A stretch of DNA of 64,000 nt. It comes from Proteromonas lacertae (taxonomy: Eukaryota). The translations under genes were made by a program, and so were the position numbers. This document shows positions 1-14,227 of this stretch, one piece after another. The notes under the pieces were generated by a model, which did not search any database, was not told where the DNA came from, and saw nothing but the letters and a program-made list of their open reading frames with translations. The stretch lies in assembly GCA_002245135.1 (NCBI GenBank), contig NGBS01000591.1, positions 62,001-126,000 on the forward strand, read 5' to 3'. How positions within the stretch are numbered: the stretch's first letter is position 1; each line of letters opens with the position of its first letter.

Positions 1-1039
1 ATATAATGCTAAAGTAAATCCTAAAACTACTATCATTCTATCATAACTTATGTTATGTAAATAATTGATGTAATTAATGATTAAGTATTTATTGACTTTT
101 GAACTGTAGTAGTTATTTTCATCAACATTGTACATTAATAACTCTTTTTGCTTATATATTTTACCTCTTAAATATCTATTTATGCAATTGAAATGTAACA
201 TAACATTCTCTTTAGAATCTATCATAATAAAGATATATATTTAAATATATAATTACGCTTAATTTCATCATAAAACATATTACATTGTTTTAAAAAGTAA
301 AAACACCCTGAAGTGAATTGATTAATTGGTAATTCTTTTATGCTTAAAATGTTTTTATGTTGTTTAAGTTCTTTATTTATATAATCCTGATCATTATTAA
401 CACTTCCTTTTCTATATATTGAATTATTTAGAATATGATAGAAAAAGTATAAAGTTCTATTGTTTCTATATATAAAACTATCAAACTAGATTAGTGATTA
501 TACTAAAATCCACTGTTTATTACTCCAGGTATATCTATAGATGCAACTATATCTTCTTTTCTTTCTATAAGAAAAGGAATTGGATTTTTATATAAATAAA
601 TATCCAAATCGCAAAGTAATACAGAATAACCATAATATAGAATTTTGTAAATTATTTCTATTTTAGATACTATTATTTTTGAATAATCATTATTCATATA
701 TATTACGTCTTCGTATAGATTCTTTATTACTCTACCCATTAGAATATTTTTGGTAAACTTTTTACAATAACTATATATATATTTATCAGTTGAAATAATT
801 AGTATATTTGTTATATTATTTGCATATATTGATGTAATCCAATAATTTTCGAATTGAAGTTTATATTTTTTTGATACTACTGATAAAAATATAATATTGT
901 CTACTGCTATATTCTTTATAAAATTTTTAGAACATTGTTTGAATAAACTATCACAGATTATATTATTTGATATTGTAGTCCAAAGTAAATTAGAAATAAT
1001 GATTATAATGAACAAAATGTTAATATAAAGGCTAATCAT
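1..1039 (-). CDS. Nucleotide-diphospho-sugar transferase (GT77-like), spliced, runs off the window's left edge
   Basis: N-terminal TM segment; motifs VLLCDLDIYLYKNP and INSGF. After an intron near 503 the frame continues with NDQDYIN...LPINQFTSG...IHFNCI, typical of this family. Confidence 0.75.
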
Positions 1040-1552
1040 TTGTAGTTTGTTAGAAGCATAAAATTACTTTTCTTTAAGTAATTAGAAGCATCTACTATAA
1101 GAGTTAGTAGAAACCATCAACAACTTATACCAAAAATGCTAATACAAGAAGTCTTGCAGATTTTCAGTATTTAGAATTATGAACAAATATATCGAATTTA
1201 TTAATGAAAAAATGTATATATAAAACAAAGAATTAAAGAAAAAAAGTGTGTAATATTTTTCAACGTTGCTATAAATTATATAAACAATCTTATAAAAACT
1301 CTATAGTTAACATCACATCATTATGCTTAGCAATAAGAATGAAATATTTATATTCTATTACAAACTCATCAATTTGAATTATTTATTCATACTCCCTTTA
1401 TAATTTAACAGATAATCATTATTTAATTAATAATTATGGATAATAATTTTGGTTGAAATATTAATAAAAAGATCAATATGAATGATACAATTCTCTCCTA
1501 TTATCCATAATTACTCCCTTTTATTTCATTAAAATACGTAAATTAAAAATTT

Positions 1553-2356
1553 TCAATATTTAACCGGATGATATATAATATTCTTAGTTAAATTATCTAT
1601 TAGTAATTTCTCTAATTCACCTTTAGTTTTAATTAATTTACCAAAGCCTTGATATTTATCATAATCATTTCTATCCATTTCTCTTACTGATAGTTTATAG
1701 TATAAAGCAGTTTCAATAATCATTTGTTCCACTTGAGCATGTCTTTTAAGTTTAAATTCCCTATTTAGTGCATTTCTCATTTTAGCTGACAGTCTATGAA
1801 TGTGAGTTGCAACATAATATGTTTTATTTGATCTACTGCGTTTATATTCGTTTGTAACGCAATTATTCCATACTGTAGAAAAGTAAGAAGTATAATGGTA
1901 TGTTATTAAATCATCCTTAAATTTATCATATTTATTTAAAAAATAATATATATTTCCAGTATATATAACATCCTGATCAAACACCCACAAATATTTATAA
2001 TATAATTTATAAATATTATCCCAAAGTAAATAATGTTCAGAATGCAGTATCCACATATAAAATGACTCTGATTTATTTTTACATTTTCCACCCATCCTCC
2101 TGACTTCTGGATATTTTTCTAGTACTAATTTTCTAGCAATACAATAAGTTGTTATACCATAAGTCACATTTTTGCATATATCTATTAGAATAATAACATC
2201 ATATATATTTGATAATTCTTTCCTATACTCTCTTATTCTTTTCAATTGATTAAGCGTCAATGAAGTAACTCTAAATAATAATATTGATTTTTGATTATTT
2301 GTTATAACGAAGATATATAATACTATAAATAAATATATAAAATTATTAACAACCAT
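1553..2356 (-). CDS. Hypothetical membrane-anchored protein, possibly glycosyltransferase-like
   Basis: 267-aa intronless ORF with an N-terminal hydrophobic anchor and a DxD-like motif (YLWVFDQDVIYTG). Confidence 0.5.
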   Translation of the reverse strand: MVVNNFIYLFIVLYIFVITNNQKSILLFRVTSLTLNQLKRIREYRKELSNIYDVIILIDICKNVTYGITTYCIARKLVLEKYPEVRRMGGKCKNKSESFYMWILHSEHYLLWDNIYKLYYKYLWVFDQDVIYTGNIYYFLNKYDKFKDDLITYHYTSYFSTVWNNCVTNEYKRSRSNKTYYVATHIHRLSAKMRNALNREFKLKRHAQVEQMIIETALYYKLSVREMDRNDYDKYQGFGKLIKTKGELEKLLIDNLTKNIIYHPVKY

Positions 2357-3477
2357 TAATATATAATCAACTAGGCTAATCCATAAAAATATTAAAATAG
2401 TTATAAAATTTCTATATAATTATTTTAAATCTTTATTAAGATATGTATTTTTTTTAGTTTCTTAAATATTATTGTAATTTTTAAAAGACCATATAATGTG
2501 TAGTATGTACACAAAATTTCATTGCATTTAATCTTTTCAGTATTTTATGGCGGATTATTTACATCAAATTCTCAAATTGTCATTCTTAATACATATTTGT
2601 AAATAACTCTCTTTGAGTAATAATAATATTTGTATATAAACAATTCCAAATTAATTTCTCTATACATTTAATATTCTTTACAATCTATACAAAATAACTG
2701 GATAGAGAATAAAAGAGAAAAAGAAATTATAAGTTTGATAAGAGCTTCAAAAATTTATTTTATGTTATTGGCTAAATAATTTAACAAAATCAATCAATTA
2801 TATGCTTCTTCATTATTTTTTGTTTTAAATGCTCCAGTTATAACACATCTATTTCCTAAACTATCTAAATATTCATATTCTTTAAGCTATCTCCATAATA
2901 ATTAAGTTCTTCTCTTTTTGGATTGTCATAAAGAGTCTGATTAAATACTCCCATTTCAATTCGATTTGAACTAAGTATGTAAACAGTATTTGGTTCTGAT
3001 AATATATTATCATTAATCACTTCTTTCACTCCTTCATATGATTCTATTTATCTTTGAATCACTTTATCATTGCTTATTGACATATTTGAACTAATATTAC
3101 ATGATTTTAATTCATCTTCATCATATATATGAACCATTAAATCATCAAATTTGGATATATTTAGATCTTACTTTGATTATATCAAATATGACAAATCTGA
3201 TATTTTATATTTATTTCTTTCATTAACTAGAGAAAGAGGTAATTATATAACATTGAAGAGGATAAATGGATTTCAACTTGAATATATTTATCAATATTGC
3301 TTCTGTTTTATATCAGAATCGAATTCTATGTTATATTTCTGCATTTAAAGAAAAATATGTAACGAATATATTTTTATTATTATAAAACTCAATATGCAGC
3401 ATATATATGTGCATTTTACTATTGATCTAGACACGCACTGATGACATACTAACAAATAAAAAATAGTAATGTTAATA

Positions 3478-5575
3478 TTAAAAGTGATATTTATTTTGAT
3501 GAGAAACTGATAATAATTCAATTGAAATATATCCACCTAACACCGCATATGAATATAATGGAGAAGGTAAATCTTTAACAAGTAAAACAGGAGATGAATC
3601 ATTATGACTTATCCACCATTCTCTTTTATTCATATCAACTATCACTTCATAAATTGAACCATCTCCATGATTTTTGAAATTTGGATTTTTATTAACAATT
3701 CTTCCAATATGACATCTTGAAGTAATATCTTGACTTTTACCATAAAATGCCCAATAATTACATGTTGTTGGTTGATTATGAATGTATTTACCAGAATATG
3801 TATTATCAGTTGATAATCCTAACATCATACCATCATAATAATTTCCATTTTGATGAAATTTATATTTGATATGATAAACTCCATTTTCCATTTTCTTATT
3901 TAAATAACAATGATTATGAAAACCATTTATATTTGTTATTGTTTTTCCATTATTTGAGATTGATATTCCATCACTTTTGTTTAATTTTGTGAATTTCACA
4001 TCAACAAATTCTAATGAAATTTTGAATTTCTTTTCATTTAGAATATTCTTACATATTATTTCATATTCTCTCTTTTCTATTTCTTTATTCACTTTTCCAT
4101 GAATTATTCCACTCTCTTTGTCTATCATTAAACCATCAACTAATGAAGGATTGATTGAAAATTCACATCGATTTCCATCAAATGATGGGATTATTGACAT
4201 TTCTTCATCTGATATAAATGAAAATTCTGATTGAGGATATGAAAATGATGTGATTTCTTTTGTTTTTAATTCACTCAATAATTCTTTATCTTTCATTATT
4301 ACAATCATTTCTTTTTCTTCTTTAAAACTCAATTTATTCTCTTTTATATATTCTATTAATAATTCTTTAGATTTGGAATTTAGATAATTATCCTCATTCA
4401 ATATTCTAAAAAGAATCTCTTTTCCACATACTTCTTCTATTATTGAAATATTCTTTCTATCATCAACAAACAAATATAAACATTTCATTGTTCGATTTCT
4501 TTTATTCTCATTATATTCTATACATAATCTATCCAATATAGTTCTCTTTTCGATATTTGAGATATATTCTATTTAAATATATTTTTGTATTTATACTTTC
4601 CATTTTCACATTCTTATATTTCATTATCATCAATGCTATTTCGGTCATTTTTATGTTATTCATTTCTAATATACACATTATTTCATCACTCAATTCTTCT
4701 TCTTTCATCTTTTCCAATATTCCTCTTTCTTCTTCATTAAATACTTCTTCTTCATTATCTTCATTGTATTTGTTGATTATTACTTTTTGAATTCTCTCAT
4801 CTTTTATTAAACATAATTCTATATGATTTTTACATTCATTTTTCTTTAATTCTATTTTCATTTCTTTCAACATTTCTTTATTCTCTTTTTCTATCTTTTT
4901 CTCTTTTATCTTTTCACCATCGATATCTTCTTCTATCAATTGTTTAAAATCATCTTCTATCTCTTCATTATCTTTCTCATTCTTTTGGAATTTATACCAT
5001 TTCAATAACCGATTTAATAACCAACTCTCACTTCGAATTATCACATCTTTCATATTTAATATCTCAATCAAATTATTCATTTCTAATCTCAACAAATATT
5101 CATTCTTATATAAATATTTATATCCTCGCTTTTCTATTTCCATATTTTTCAAGTCTTCTATTTCTCTCAAACATCCACCAAATATATTACATATATGAAT
5201 TAATTTCATTAATACTTCATCATCTATATAATTCTTCACAAATTCATAACAATCATTTATTATCTCTTTTTCACAATAACATAAACAAAACATCAACGCT
5301 TCACATACACTCTCTTTACAGATTATCAATTCACCACCACTGTAGTATTTCTCCATCTCATAATATCCAATTTCTTCGATTTCTTCATATAACTCTAAAA
5401 CTCCAACACACTCACGATCTAACAACAGTTTCTTTACAGTTTCATTTTTATTCACTAAAATTGACTTGATTGACATTATTCGGCTATCTCCAATCTTCAC
5501 TTCTATATCACCAAAACCACTTTCGACTAATTTTCGACATAATCTATCATAAAAATAAATACAAAATATACCCAT
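3478..5575 (-). CDS. BTB/BACK + Ig-like (He_PIG-type) + SPRY/B30.2-like protein, split into two ORFs by a frameshift or intron near 4530
   Basis: 5' ORF has FGDIEVKIGD...KSILV (BTB-like) and VIIRSESWLL (BACK-like). 3' ORF has FSINPSLVDGLMIDKESGIIHG (Ig-like) and a C-terminal beta-rich SPRY-like region. The two ORFs overlap by 8 nt. Confidence 0.6.
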
Positions 5576-6487
5576 CTTCTCTTATGCTTTTATTCACTTT
5601 TATTATCATCTTTATGTAAATATATAACAAAAATAACGAAATTTGATTTTTATCAAAATTTTGAATAACCTAAAAATTAAAAAGATGAAAAACATTCTAT
5701 ATATCAAATTTAAAGATTATATTTGTATATAAATTCCTTCATTATGCTCAATAAAATGGTAAAATGTGAATAATATAATGAAATGTGTTTACTTTTATAA
5801 AGTAGGTGTGTTAATATGTTTTTGGTATTTTATTAATATATATATGTGATTTTTTAATTATGTGAATATATAAAAGTATAATAATATTTGATAACTAGTG
5901 AAAATAACGCAAATGAGTGAAGTGAGTATTATTATTATTATACTCCAAACCTTATCTAAATCAGTTGCATTTTTCATCAAGCATGTCTATCATTTCTTTT
6001 TTTGTAAATGGAGGTATATACATCACCAATGGACATCTTTTGCTTTGAATATGTAAGTAATCCAAAATGTATTTCATCATGTCTTCTATTATAAAGTTAA
6101 TCTTATTTATACTTAATTCATATGCTATAACTTGCTTTAATGACATTCTTTTCACATATATATTAGTAAATGACTTATAATTCTTAACTGAATTGGAAAT
6201 ATATATTAATTCTTCTTCAGGTTTTAATATAAAATGTCCTAACTCATTACTCCATTTTGATTGAAACTGATATTTTAATATAATCTATTAAAGAGTTTTT
6301 ATGTTGATATGCATTTTTGTAACATTCTAATCTAACATATTTGCATAACTAATTCAAAAGAAGTCTATTAAATATATTTATTTTATTAAAAATGATTGAT
6401 TTCTATTCTTATGAATTATAAATATTTATCAAAGAGTAAATCATTATTTCATATCTCAAGACATTAATATAATTAACATGTGATTAT

Positions 6488-8160
6488 TTATTCATCCTGA
6501 AATTCAATTTCTTCTTCTCTTCCAATTGCTTTTCTAATTCTTCATCATATCCTTCAATCACTATCATTGCATCATCACTCATTCCGTAATATTCTAAATT
6601 CTTTTCCACATCATCAATCGGACTTAACATCATCTCATCTTTTACTTCATAGATAATGGTAAAGTTTTACTTATTCTTTGATCTCAGAAATTTCTTGAGA
6701 TCTCGATTTCTGAGTAGCAAATGGAATCATTTAAAAGTTGAGGATAATTCTTTACCACATTATTCTTAAATTCAGCTGAACAATTTACCCATTCATTGTA
6801 ATCTTTAAAGTTGTTTTCCTCCATTATATCAGTTATCCATTCTATGTACTCGTCTTATGTCACTTCCATTTAGTCTAGTTAATGTTGGAATTCGAGCGAT
6901 TATTTCTGGACGATATATCTCTGGACAAAAATCTTTTGTTAATGGAGTTTCTTTTAAACGTAAAGTTTTTTGTTGACAATTTACTTATATTACTGTTATG
7001 ACAATTTACTATTTCTACTGTTGTAAAAATTGGTAATTCTCTATATATATATTTTTTAATAATATACTCATTAATATCTCCTAATGGATTATATCCAAAT
7101 AATAATACTTCTAATTTTGGTAATTTGATTATTTCATTGAAATTATTCCATTTATCAATATCATTATGACATAAGTCAAATACTCGTAAATGACTAAATA
7201 CACCTTTAGGGATTCCAGAAGATAATTCTTTTATATGATTTCCTACTAAATATAATTCCATTAATTTTGGTAAATAAGGAGAAATTGTTACTATATTACA
7301 CCATAATACTTTGGTATATGATAATATTAAATCCTATTTATATTATTATAATTGTATAATGTTTATATTTATATATTAATACAGTTAAGTGATTAAAGGC
7401 ATTTTCCATTATTGATTTCATTGGTAATGTTTTTGTATTATTATTTTCATCACTTTCAGTTGTAGTTGGAGCTGGTGGAATATTTGATTCAGTTGTTATT
7501 GTTGTTGATGATGATGAAGTTGATAAGGCTGATTCAGTTAAAGCATGACCAATTTTAGATACATCATTCCATTCTATAAATATAAATAATTTAAATAATA
7601 CATACTAAAATCAAATTTTCATGAATATCTACTCTTTGAAGATTCTTAGCCATTACAGATAATACTTTTTCATCACCTATTTCACTCACACACTCATTGG
7701 GAGTTGAAGCTACCTAAATTTGATCTAATTTTTGATATTCTCTAGAGTATTACATTATTATCATTATTATAGAATAAATATATTATCTTTTTACCTCCTA
7801 CTAGTTTTGCCTCTACCGATTTACCCTTTTCAGTCTCTACAAACATATCTTCACCAACTCCACCCATTTCATCCTCTCATACTCTTGGGAGTATCTGTCT
7901 TGTAATGCCTGAATCAATGTCTTTCCAGTTTCTAACATCTTTGGTTTGACAAATGAGCCCATTTTCTCACCACATGTGAAATATCTTATCACATTTCCAT
8001 CAGAATCAGTAACTGAACCATCATACTTCCCTCTTCCTTCTAGATCTTACTCAACACCTATGAATGATTGGTCTTGATCCTTTGATATGCAAACAGGACC
8101 AATGTACCTTACAGTGCCTTTTATTTTGACATTTTCTTTATCTGCAACACGTTGTCCAAA
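6488..8160 (-). pseudogene. TBCE: Tubulin-folding cofactor E (CAP-Gly + LRR + UBL), disrupted
   Basis: Hand translation gives GQRVADKE..KGTVRYIGPV..FIGVE*DLEGRGKYDGSV (CAP-Gly, with TAA at the conserved Trp). LRRs lie in 6875-7261 and a UBL-like tail (NLEYYGMSDDAMIVIE) ends the gene. It has further in-frame stops and no clear start codon. Confidence 0.75.
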
Positions 8161-8403
8161 TAATAATGAATAATAAAGGGAAATGAGTACAGTTTGAAAC
8201 CCCTATTTTTTGGGGTTTTTGTATTCGAAACCCTATATGGTTTTTTTATTCGTTACTTTTTGTTTTCGAAAATATAGTCGTTATGCTTCAAATCTAATTT
8301 GCAAAAAATACTCAATTATGTTATTATGCATTGAAAACATCACCAATCATTTTTTTATTATGCATATACACACCCCCAACACATAGATAATTGATTGAGT
8401 TGA

Positions 8404-8790
8404 TTAGTCAAAAACATTAGATCTAATGATTAGTGATTCTTCTTCAGCTTCTTTAATGACTTCACTCAGTCTATTTCTGTAGAACTCTATTTTCGGTGGA
8501 TTGACTGATGAAGGGAAATTGTAGTATATATTTATACATTGACCTACTACATTTTGATGCTTGAAAATATCATCAACAAGGAATGTATGGAGCTTACTTC
8601 TGACTGCTGCTGTCTGGTCTCCATAAAATTTCATTACATCATGCCATTTGCAACCATTATCTCTAATGAACTCCAATTCTCTCTGAAATGTTAATCTTCC
8701 TTTTCTATTATTGTAAATGGCTGAATGATTGATCGAATGTCTCTTACTTTCTTAATTAGGTCTGGGACAACTATCATCTTAAAATCACTA
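8404..8790 (-). other. 3' fragment of an unknown intronless ORF abutting the virus-like gene
   Basis: 90-aa ORF with coding-like sequence continuing upstream across a frameshift to about 8790. No family recognised. Confidence 0.3.
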
Positions 8791-10269
8791 TAGTTTTTGC
8801 CATTGATGGCATAGCTTTTGATAATTCACTAATACCTTTAACTGCAGCAGCAGTTGTTGCATCACCTCCATTTGCAGCTGCAGCTACAGTTGCTGCTGTT
8901 TTTAATGTATCACCTACATTTTTTGCATCTATATTTCCAATATTAGAAAATTTGTAGAAGAATGGAACTAATTGAAATAAGTATCGAACATATGGATGAG
9001 TATTGAACATAAATGAAACACCAAAGTTATACAACAAGTCTACAGGTAACATTGATTTAACTTTTTCTGAATTACCATAATACAAGTCAGTGATAGCAGG
9101 TAATCTACCACCTGACAGCATACGAATTATTTCATAGTAGTCGAAAATGAAGTACCACATTACATACAAGAACCCTGATGTTGGTAGTTTAGATTTTTTC
9201 CATAACCAATAAGCCAAACATGTCATTACTATTGCACGAACATATATCATTGCATGATCTACTTCAAACATTTGAGGAGTAACTCCACCTACCAAATATG
9301 ACTTCATTGTATAGTATATTTGTGGAAATATCCTAAATACATTCTCTACACACAGGAACAAATTACCAGCAAAACCCATAAAATCAGATTCACGTAATGA
9401 ATCGAGTGCTTTTTGAAATTGTGAATTTTCAAATTGTGCCCATGAACTACAAGCAGTTTTCACTAAACCAATAGCTATTTCATATTTTTGTTTATTATCT
9501 GCATTCACCCACTCTTGAGGAAGTGAGTGACCTAACTTCTCTCTGTTATAATCAAAGTTAATGAAATCTCTACTATTCTGTGATGCTATTTCATTCAGTT
9601 CTCTATATTTATCTTCATTAATCCATGTATGCGGTTCTTTATCTATATCTATAGCACTATTCACCAGTTCTTGATTTTTTGGATCTAATGCCCATCTATA
9701 AAATTTTGATCTTTCTAATATCTCTTGATCATCCATATATCTTTGTGCCTTTTGATTATTCATTGCAATATATTCTTTTACTTTTTCAGCTCGATTCGGA
9801 TCAAAATTATATGGATCTGAATATTGATTGATCTTACTTACTCCATCAACTAATTCATTCTGCAAATACTCCTGCTGTAATAATAGTTTGTTATAATATT
9901 CTATTGCATCTTTATCATTACCTGTTAATTTATCCCAAGTTGAGGTCAACCAATCTTGTCTATAATTTTTATAGGCTGCTAATTGAGGATTCTTTTCTAT
10001 AATCTCTTGTAATGATTTATAATTTTGTAATTTAGGAAATTTTTGTAACAAAGGATATGTAACTCTATTCATTCCATTATCATATGCCTGAACATCTGCT
10101 TCTGTAACATATTCAGGCCAATTCAAAAGATAGCTTCTTGGATTAGATGTATCTAATTCTGCTAATGGATATGTTCCTCTTAAATGTCCTGTTTTATGTT
10201 CACGATCTAGCATATCATAAAAATTAATATGATAATTGTTAGGCAACATTGAAGCATAATTATCTGTAA
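8774..10269 (-). CDS. Virus-like structural/core polyprotein paralog A, 3' part
   Basis: 491-aa intronless ORF sharing identical blocks with the ORFs at 14972-16634 (LLLQQEYLQNEL, ASQNSRDFINFDYNREK, YYEIIRMLSGGRLPAITDLYYGNS). Homology extends upstream to about 10269. Confidence 0.55.
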
Positions 10270-10808
10270 TGTTGGTGGGATGAGAGTAAAGAGAAATTAA
10301 TTCAAAGATTAGGTATTTCTGATGTAGATGAGACTGTGCGCATTACACCTAATATGTTCCTTGAGTGTGTTAACAAGATTAAGGAGAAAAGAAACCCATC
10401 TTTTGAAAAAAACTCATCAATTATTAGAAAGTATTATTATGATGAATCATGAAGCTAATATATTACCTCCTCCTCCTCCTAATGATAATAGTAATAAAGA
10501 AATAGAAGAAATACAAGTCAAGCTTGAAAATGACAATGACAATGTCAATCTCACAGATTATGACTTATCTCCAATATCACCAAGATCCATTAAGGATGAA
10601 TATATTAATAATAACCAATGTCTTGTAAGTTAGTTTATTGATAATAAATACATTACTTTGATTAATTTTGTTTTCTTATATAAGATTCTCATAAACACAC
10701 ATGGACTTTGATGTAATAACTGTTTTGCTTTCAGTTCTCGTATTTGTATTGTATATGATAGCTTTGGCTCTTTTCAAATACTTAAAGGCACACAATTGTA
10801 TTCCAAAC

Positions 10809-11894
10809 CAGGGTTGTATAAATCGGTCATGACCGACGGAGAAAACCGATCGGTCGTAGGTCAATAAATAAATGTTGACCGACACCAGGCTGTAGTAACT
10901 ATTAGCTGACCTCCTCCTAAACATGTGATATTAATAATATTATCTAACTGTACATATTGAATTCAAGCTCTATATATCATTCTATAAAATACCCAATTAA
11001 CCGTCGGTCGATGTGCTTTTTTCTTTCTTCATAATTGAATCTAACCTTACCAATGAGTTATTCTATTGTGTTATATATGTAATATAAAGTATAGAATGAT
11101 TATAAAAATTTGAAAGAAAAAATGGCAAACTTTTAGCTTGACATTAATCATTTCTTAAAATTATCATAAATGTATCTAATATAATCTATCATTATATATT
11201 CTAGGAGTATAGTTTTACCAATTGGAGCGGCTCGTGAAGTTATTGCCTTAAAAGAGGCAAATATGCTTAAACATCTTAATTTTAACTTTTACAAAACCTT
11301 TTGGTATAATATGTTAAAGATAAAAAGCCTTGATAAATGCATTTGCAGTAAAAAGAAAGAGATTAATTATGCCAAATGAAGTACAAGAATATTTTCAATA
11401 TGATATTCATTACAGCACCTCTGAAACCATTGGAAATATCTGGCTATCATTAAAGTCCAAGTTTCCTAGGGTATACATACTTGCCAATAACAGTTTAAAC
11501 AGTCTAGCAACATCTTCAGAGCCAGAAAGAATATTTTCAGAGGCTGGACAAATAAGTAACTTATCCAAATCAAATTTATCATGTGATAGATTACAAATGA
11601 AACTGATGATTAGTAGAAATAAATAAGAACATAATTATATAAAATACCTAATTATTGTTGAGTATTAAATTGTAATTCTTTATAAAAAGTTAAAAATTAT
11701 TTAATTGAATTGAAAATATATGAATCAAGTATTAAAATATATTATAAGATAGTTTTTATGAAGGGAAAATTAGTATATAATGAATTAAAATAGATTTTAT
11801 AATATACGGCTTGTATGGCTTGACCGACCGACGGTCAAGGCAAAACCTATAGGTTTTGACCTATCTCCGTCGGTAACAGATAAATACAACCCTG
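10809..11894 (+). mobile_element. Non-autonomous hAT DNA transposon derivative
   Basis: TIR CAGGGTTGTAT at 10809 and ATACAACCCTG ending at 11894; GACCGAC/CGGTC subterminal repeats at both ends; internal hAT dimerisation-domain remnant. No matching 8-bp TSD. Confidence 0.8.
11330..11626 (+). pseudogene. hAT transposase C-terminal dimerisation domain fragment
   Basis: WLSLKSKFPRVYILANNSLNSLATSSEPERIFSEAGQI matches the W...FP.L...A...L..PATS...ER.FS.AG consensus. Confidence 0.85.
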
Positions 11895-11912
11895 TATAAT
11901 ACCACTATTACA

Positions 11913-12377
11913 ACCTAATTTCTTAGTAGCCAAGAGATGCCTCCGTGGGATACTCTCTAATTTTAGTTTATTTCTTCTGTGATGTTTCTTATGATTGAAA
12001 TGAACATGTTTTCTTCTACCTGAACCTGTCTTTGGATATCCATCTAAAGACATACCAAATAAACCATAATTTACTTTTGGCCATAAATGATATTCACTAC
12101 CCATACCATTAATTAAATTACACACATCTGATCGTGCTTCTGGAACACTACGACCACATTGATATTTGAAATAATGTAAGTAATCTACTAATTGATCTAT
12201 TGTTCCTCCATAGCTGGAATACTTTGATATAATATCTAATGGCAATCCTACATTTTTACATACATTTTCTAAATCTTGTTTTGTATTATTCATAACCATT
12301 TGCTTAACTGATTCATAATCATATTGATTAATCAAAAATGGTTGTATTTTTTCCATAATAGCATCTACATTATATCT

Positions 12378-12414
<37 letters not shown>

Positions 12415-13790
12415 ATTGGTTGTGTGTTATTTTGCAATGTTGGCTGGGCTGCTGCCGCCGGGGCGCAGCAGCACCTGCCATCATTCCGGCGTAGTTTGCA
12501 ACATTTGAACTTTGATTATTATAACCTGCACCAGTTGCAGGTATTGAAGTTGTAACATTAGAACTGGGGGCAGTTGTAGTACTATTAGTTGTATTATTAG
12601 AACTGGCCCCAGTTGTAACATTCGATGCTTGAATATTTGAAGTGGCCGGCGCACTCGTCGAATTTGTTGTTGCAGGAGTAGCACCAAATATACCTCTGAA
12701 CCAATTGTATATATTACTTAGTGATGTAGTAAAGAAACCCATTATACTATCTAACTTAAAATGAATCCATTGTGACATATCCATTGGAGGAACTTGTTTC
12801 CAACGATTATATACCAAACTGACAAAATTAGGAGTTAACATTGACACAAAAGATGCTGCATTAACCCATGCTGGGGATAAACCAAATATCCATTGCATAA
12901 CACCACTATATCCTATTCCTGCATTTACTAAATACTTTAATATTGCACCAACAGTATTATCAGGAAATAGTATTTCAAACACTTGTGAAATAGAACCTAA
13001 TGTCATAGTACATAAGCAGAACTTCACACCAAATTTCAACCAATTGTATGTTGTATTACCTGAGAAATATTTATCAATTTTTGAAATTAATGATTGTTTT
13101 TTTCTTTCTTCCATTGTTGCTATCTTTCTCTGATATTCTTCATTCCTTGCTTTCACTATTTCATTTTCTTGTTGTAATTTATACTCGTGATCTTTTTGTG
13201 TTGTACCAGCATTATTATTCCATCTTGGATTGGATTGATATGAATTTACATTGTACTGTGATCCCCATTGTTGTAATGGTTTTCCTTCAATTTGAGATAA
13301 AAATGGATTTTGCCATTGATATGTTAAATTCTCTGGTTGAGCATAATAATCTGAGTATGGCTTGTTATACTTACCTATGTTCCTATAATATCGTCCAAAC
13401 TGGTCTGTGATGCCTGACATATATAATTTGTATTTCATCTCATCAGTCATAAAATTGTTTTTTGTTGCGTTTATATTTGGATTAACAGGCTTTGATAATT
13501 CCTCTATATCATCATCCTCATCTCCTATAGTATCATAAAATTTATTGAAACTAGATTTAGGATCATAGACGTCTAATCCATATGTACCATTCATTGCCTT
13601 TGTCAACATTGGCTGTTGGGTTAGCCATGTGACTGAGATCTAGTTTTATTTTCTTGTTATCTTTCACTTTGTTATAGATGATCTTTTTCAATTTTCTCTT
13701 AAGTGCATTATGATACACAGAAGGATTCTCAAAATCAATTGCTTCTTCTTTTGGTGATGATTGTTGCTTATGCTTTCGTTTAACAACCAT
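11913..13790 (-). pseudogene. 5' part of virus-like polyprotein paralog A (three overlapping ORFs joined by frameshifts)
   Basis: ORFs 13563-13790, 12365-13609 and 11847-12437 overlap consecutively. The last reads KHVHFNHKKHHRRNKLKLESIPRRHLLATKKLG, homologous to KHVHF..HRKHNRKSKL*LKSIPHRHCLATNVLG upstream of ORF 14972. Also TM segments, a Thr/Ser/Asn-rich linker and poly-Q. Confidence 0.55.
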
Positions 13791-13868
13791 AAAATATATA
13801 AAACAATATAAAAAAAAAGAGAAACAATACTATTAGAAATATAGCCGTTATTGATATTATAGATGATA

Positions 13869-14195
13869 TTAACTCTTCTTTCGTTCTACAGATTGCCATC
13901 CATCATCATCAAAATCAGATTCAAATTCATCATCTTCTTGTTCTTGTTTTTGTTCTTGTTGTTGTTCTTCTTCTTCAAAATCAGATTTGAATTCATCATC
14001 ATCATCATCATCATCATTTTTAGGATTGTTTGCTTCTCTCCAATCCTCTCTTATTTTCTTTTGTTCTTCTGGTGTTATATATTGCATTATCTTATCAAGT
14101 TCATCTTTTGTTAATTCTGAAATATCATGTTTAATATCAGTAAATGGCTGTACTTTAATATCTGTTTCTGCTTTAGGAGTAATCAATTTATTCAA
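13869..14195 (-). CDS. Small acidic protein of the virus-like cassette
   Basis: 108-aa intronless ORF with a D/E/Q-rich tail and a repeated DDEF(K/E)SDF motif. Confidence 0.45.
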   Translation of the reverse strand: MNKLITPKAETDIKVQPFTDIKHDISELTKDELDKIMQYITPEEQKKIREDWREANNPKNDDDDDDDEFKSDFEEEEQQQEQKQEQEDDEFESDFDDDGWQSVERKKS

Positions 14196-14227
14196 CTTCT
14201 ACTATTATATATAAATTAACATGAATT

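Noticed and set aside
2700..3150. Degenerate minus-strand coding-like fragment
   Set aside because: Multiple stops and no recognisable motif.
5961..6400. Small minus-strand ORF and upstream coding-like sequence
   Set aside because: No family recognised and no gene model could be supported.
10265..11912. Possible outer element with imperfect TIRs TGTAATGTTGGT / TGTAATAGTGGT
   Set aside because: Only a 10/12 match with no TSD, and the left motif overlaps codons still homologous to paralog B.
12378..12414. (TTG)n microsatellite, also seen near 36071-36097
   Set aside because: Ordinary poly-Gln coding tracts.
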